Source: Acidocella sp. 20-57-95
GTDB lineage: Bacteria > Pseudomonadota > Alphaproteobacteria > Acetobacterales > Acetobacteraceae
Length of the DNA stretch: 64,000 nt
Reading direction: 5' to 3'
NCBI GenBank assembly: GCA_002255575.1
Contig: NCAT01000003.1
Coordinates: forward strand, 126,341 to 190,340
A model generated the notes under the pieces. That model had not been told where the DNA came from. It worked only from the letters and a program-made list of their open reading frames with translations, and searched no databases. Positions within the stretch are counted from its first letter, which is position 1. Each line of letters begins with the position of its first letter. The position numbers and the translations under genes were made by a program. Positions 60,208 through 64,000 of this stretch are shown here, piece by piece.

Positions 60208-61263
60208 ATGAGCTTCGAACATAAACTCGACCGAATTCTCTCGCGCGCTGAAGAACTGCGCTTCATGCTTTCTGGCTCCCTGAGTGGCGAGGCGTTTGTG
60301 AAAGCCTCGAAAGAGCTTTCAGAATTAGAGCCGATTGAGCAGCGTATTTCTGAACTGCGGGCAACCGAGCAAGCGGTTGCTGAAGCCGAGCAAATGTTGG
60401 CCGACCCGGAGATGAAATCTCTCGCTGAGGCAGAATTGGTAAGCCTTAAGCAAAAACTACCGGAATTGGAAATGTCTCTGCGGCTGGCTTTGCTGCCCAA
60501 GGACGAGGCCGATGATCGCTCCGCGATTCTGGAAATCCGCCCTGCCGCTGGTGGTGACGAGGCCGGCCTATTCGCCGCGGAATTATTCCAGGCCTATCAA
60601 AAATACGCAGGTTTGCATGGCTGGAAGTTTGAGGTGATGGAGTATGGTGAGAGCGAGCTCGGCGGCCTGAAAGAAGGTATCGCGGAAATCACCGGAAAAT
60701 CAGTGTTTGCCAAACTGAAATTTGAATCCGGCGTGCACCGGGTGCAGCGCGTACCCGCCACTGAAACACAAGGGCGTATTCACACCTCTACCGTCACGGT
60801 TGCTGTTCTACCACAAGCCGAGGAAGTGGATGTTGAGGTCAATGAAAGTGACCTGCGCATCGATGTATATCGGGCCTCCGGTGCTGGCGGCCAGCATGTG
60901 AACAAAACTGAATCTGCTGTACGCATCACGCATATTCCGACCGGCATTGTGGTGGCCATGCAGGAAGAACGCAGTCAGCACAAAAACCGCGCCAAGGCGA
61001 TGAAAATTCTGCGCGCCCGGATGTATGAACAACAACGCTCCAGCCTGCACGCAACGCGCGCGGCTGACCGGAAATCGCAAGTCGGCACGGGGGATCGTTC
61101 AGAGCGCATCCGCACCTATAATTTTCCGCAAGGCCGGGTAACGGACCACCGCATAAACCTCACCTTGCATAAAATTGATCGCATCATGCTGGGCGAAATG
61201 GATGATGTGATCGATGCGCTAATCGCCGAGGACCAAGCCTCACGCCTGGCTGCCGACACATGA
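60208..61263 (+). CDS. prfA: Peptide chain release factor 1
   Basis: PAT anticodon-recognition motif, [15 protein letters not shown]. Confidence 0.97.
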   Translation: MSFEHKLDRILSRAEELRFMLSGSLSGEAFVKASKELSELEPIEQRISELRATEQAVAEAEQMLADPEMKSLAEAELVSLKQKLPELEMSLRLALLPKDEADDRSAILEIRPAAGGDEAGLFAAELFQAYQKYAGLHGWKFEVMEYGESELGGLKEGIAEITGKSVFAKLKFESGVHRVQRVPATETQGRIHTSTVTVAVLPQAEEVDVEVNESDLRIDVYRASGAGGQHVNKTESAVRITHIPTGIVVAMQEERSQHKNRAKAMKILRARMYEQQRSSLHATRAADRKSQVGTGDRSERIRTYNFPQGRVTDHRINLTLHKIDRIMLGEMDDVIDALIAEDQASRLAADT

Positions 61264-62087
61264 AAACCGCCGACGCCGTGACGCATGTGGCGGCACGTCT
61301 GGCGGCGGTTGGGATTGAAGATGCGCGGCGCGAAGCCAGGATTATTCTTGCTGCGGCGCTCCAAACAGATGCAGCAGGCTTGCTCATAAGCGATAATATC
61401 GATGAAGCTGCATTTGAACCATTGCTCAAACGCCGCGAAGTCCGCGAACCTCTGGCCTATATACTAGGGCAACGGGAATTTTGGGGGCTGGATTTTGCGA
61501 CCTCGCCAGTCACGCTCATCCCCCGGCCGGACAGTGAAACCTTAATTGAAGCTGCGCTCACGGCGTTTCCGGACAAGCATATAGTGCGCCGCGTTCTCGA
61601 CCTGGGCACCGGTACTGGCTGCCTATTGGTTGCAGCCTTGCATGAGTTCCCCGAGGCGTTCGGGGTTGGTGTTGATCTTTCGCCAGAGGCTGCGGCACTC
61701 GCCCAGCAAAACGCCCAGAATCTCGGTGTTAGAAGGCGGGCCGCGTTTATCACCGCAGACTGGGCGGCCGCCCTCACTGGAACTTTCGAACTGATTTTCA
61801 GTAATCCGCCTTATATCCCCGCCCCGGACCTGGAGAGGCTTATGCCGGAGGTAAGGGATTACGAACCTGCCCGTGCGCTTGATGGTGGGGCGGATGGGCT
61901 GATCGCCTACCGTGCCATAATTTCCGCTCTGCCCGCTCTGCTGGCACCAGGTGGCGTGGCGGTCCTGGAGCTTGGCGTCGGCCAACTGGCCGGTGTCGCA
62001 GCTCTTGCGACCAAAGCAGGATTGGAAAGTGCCGCGCGGCCCGACCTTGCAGGGCACCCCCGCGCCCTGATCATCAGAGCTAAATAA
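61260..62087 (+). CDS. prmC: Release factor glutamine methyltransferase
   Basis: [20 protein letters not shown]. Confidence 0.96.
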   Translation: MKTADAVTHVAARLAAVGIEDARREARIILAAALQTDAAGLLISDNIDEAAFEPLLKRREVREPLAYILGQREFWGLDFATSPVTLIPRPDSETLIEAALTAFPDKHIVRRVLDLGTGTGCLLVAALHEFPEAFGVGVDLSPEAAALAQQNAQNLGVRRRAAFITADWAAALTGTFELIFSNPPYIPAPDLERLMPEVRDYEPARALDGGADGLIAYRAIISALPALLAPGGVAVLELGVGQLAGVAALATKAGLESAARPDLAGHPRALIIRAK

Positions 62088-62236
62088 CATTTGGCAGAAT
62101 GCCTATATGGGGCTAAGGACAAGGCGCGCGGCATGAACGGCCCTCGAGTCCTGGCAACTTCCGGGGCCAGACCAGGTTCTACGGGAGCAATACCCTTAAC
62201 CCGCGCAAGCAATCTGACGAGGATATATTTAGGCAT

Positions 62237-63169
62237 ATGAATATGAAGCGCATGCGTGGCCGTAACCATCGCCCTAACGGCGGCGGCGGTGGTGGGGGCG
62301 GGTTTCGCAACCAGCAAAATGGTATCCCCCTAAATCGCAACCATGTTTTTGACAGTTCCGGCCCGGAAATGCGCGTACGTGGTACGGCCCAGCAGCTTTT
62401 TGAGAAATATCAGCAGCTTGGGCGCGACGCCGCCAGCAGCGGTGACCGGGTTTTGGGCGAGGCCTACTACCAGCATGCTGAGCATTATTTCCGCATCATC
62501 AGCGCCATTAACCAGGCCCAAGGCCAGCCGAATGGTCAGCCAAACACGCAGCCAAATGGCCAGCCGAGCGCGCAACCGAATGGCCAAAACCAGCAGGACC
62601 GCAACGGCAACCAGAATAATGGCGACTATAACCGCCGGAATGATCAGAACCCGCAAGATTTCAGTGCTGAGGCGCAAGGCGAAAACCGCTATGAGCCGCG
62701 TAACCAGGAATCACGCCAGCAGGATAACCGCCAGGAGCCTCGCCGGTTTGAGCAACGCCCTTACGAGCCACGCAATAAGCAGGATTTCCAGCCGCGCCAT
62801 GAGCGCAATGATCGTAACGACCGCAATGATCGTAATGATCGCCCGGACCGTGCTGAGCGTTTCCGGCCCGAAACACCCGTGGCTGACGCGCCGATTGATA
62901 TCAGCTCGGCCCTGGAAGCTGAACTTGCCGCCGCCGTTGGCGGTATGAACGAGCCTGCCGGATTTGGTGAACAACCGGTTGTCATCCAAGCCGCGCCGGT
63001 TGATGCCCGCGCGATACCGATCATCCCCGATGCGCCCCCGCCGGCAGCATTCGCGGCCGAGGCTTCCGTACCGGCTGCGCCGGAAGTGGCAGCGGTAAAG
63101 GTGCCACGCCCCCGGGGCCGCCCCCGTATCGTCAAACCTGAAGCCGATGAGTTAAAACTCGAAGATTGA
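62237..63169 (+). CDS. DUF4167 domain protein with long disordered tail
   Basis: FDSSGP..RVRG, YQQLGRDA, QHAEHYFR; conserved position after prmC. Confidence 0.85.
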   Translation: MNMKRMRGRNHRPNGGGGGGGGFRNQQNGIPLNRNHVFDSSGPEMRVRGTAQQLFEKYQQLGRDAASSGDRVLGEAYYQHAEHYFRIISAINQAQGQPNGQPNTQPNGQPSAQPNGQNQQDRNGNQNNGDYNRRNDQNPQDFSAEAQGENRYEPRNQESRQQDNRQEPRRFEQRPYEPRNKQDFQPRHERNDRNDRNDRNDRPDRAERFRPETPVADAPIDISSALEAELAAAVGGMNEPAGFGEQPVVIQAAPVDARAIPIIPDAPPPAAFAAEASVPAAPEVAAVKVPRPRGRPRIVKPEADELKLED

Positions 63170-63198
63170 AAAGAAGCCGGGGTGACCCGGCTTTTTTT
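63169..63198. terminator. Intrinsic terminator between convergent genes
   Basis: AAGCCGGG-GTGA-CCCGGCTT with A and T flanks. Confidence 0.85.
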
Positions 63199-64000
63199 AC
63201 GAAATAATGCCGGGCGCCCAGGCCAGTTGTGCTTCGGCCCAAGCGGCGGTGCGCAACAGCTTTTGGTCGGACCCAAACGGGCCACATATCTGCAGGCCCA
63301 GCGGCAGTTTGCTGCCTGACCAACCCGATGGAATTGACAGCGCCGGTACGCCCATCAGGCTCCATGCGGCGCAAAATGTTGAGTCACCGGTAAAGGCCAA
63401 ACCAAGCGGCGCCGCGCCCAAGGCTGGCAGCGTGAGAACCGCATCGTATGGTGCCACCAACGCTTCGAAATCAGCCTTTAGCTGCTTTTGCAACATTTTG
63501 GCGGCATTATATTCCGCGTCAGTCACCGCCAGCCCGTTCGCTACCAGCTGGTGCAGAATATCGCTGGCTTTTTCAGGATGGTTGGCGATCAGGGACTGAT
63601 GAATCCGGGCTGCCTCATATTGCAGGATGCTAAGTGTGGCTGCGAAAATCGCATCGCTATCAACCGGCAGAGATACCTCATGTAAAATCGCACCAGCCTG
63701 CCGGAGCTTCGCCAATGCGGCGTCAAAATCAGCTTGTTGCTCGCGATCCGCCTTGCCCCAAGCCTCGGTGCGGATAACCGCAAATGTTGGGGGGGCTGCG
63801 GCGGGAAAATGGGCCTGCCAAGCAGCCTCTGAACCCAACACGTCCGGCGTTTGGGCTGCGAACAACGCATAAGCTGCCGCAGCATCGGCAACATTGCGGG
63901 TGAAAAAGCCCAGATGGTCAAGCGATGCCGCCAGCGGGTGAACACCCTCAAGGGACATACTGCCAAAGCTGGGTTTGAAGCCCACCACCCCGTTAAATGC
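63197..64000 (-). CDS. Amidase signature family protein, 5' part outside window
   Basis: GVVGFKPS, SLDHLG..TR, GVPALSIP, LPLGLQ. Confidence 0.88.
   Translation of the reverse strand, partial: AFNGVVGFKPSFGSMSLEGVHPLAASLDHLGFFTRNVADAAAAYALFAAQTPDVLGSEAAWQAHFPAAAPPTFAVIRTEAWGKADREQQADFDAALAKLRQAGAILHEVSLPVDSDAIFAATLSILQYEAARIHQSLIANHPEKASDILHQLVANGLAVTDAEYNAAKMLQKQLKADFEALVAPYDAVLTLPALGAAPLGLAFTGDSTFCAAWSLMGVPALSIPSGWSGSKLPLGLQICGPFGSDQKLLRTAAWAEAQLAWAPGIIS

Overview
64 kb of core chromosome from a GC-rich alphaproteobacterium. Gene order and protein style suggest Acetobacteraceae, possibly an Acidocella/Acidiphilium-like acidophile (inference). Most of it is housekeeping: nrdB (partial), gltA, purC-purS-purQ-purL-bolA-grxD, cysE-desulfurase-ferredoxin-mnmA, cydDC, panC, ccmAB, acnA, queCF, parC, recO, ubiG, lysC-ptsP-rodZ-ispG-hisS-prfA-prmC and tRNA-Pro(GGG). 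No integrase, transposase, prophage or CRISPR array was seen. Main anomalies: (1) purC is broken by an out-of-frame deletion of its conserved DDATAF segment. (2) A composite multi-hairpin palindromic element has two full copies and one collapsed copy, with compensatory base changes; both full copies are open in the same reading frame, which ends in an ATGA overlap on the next gene. (3) A 16-bp-period tandem array sits in a 3' UTR. (4) A catalytically degenerate EAL protein lies behind an exact CtrA-type box. (5) Several operons of unknown function are present (FeS photolyase with DUF6134 and SDR; renalase-DUF3253-DUF1499-ABC importer; GT-C membrane genes near tRNA-Pro). Family names come from motif recognition, not database searches, and some starts were moved from the ORF track to more plausible ATGs.
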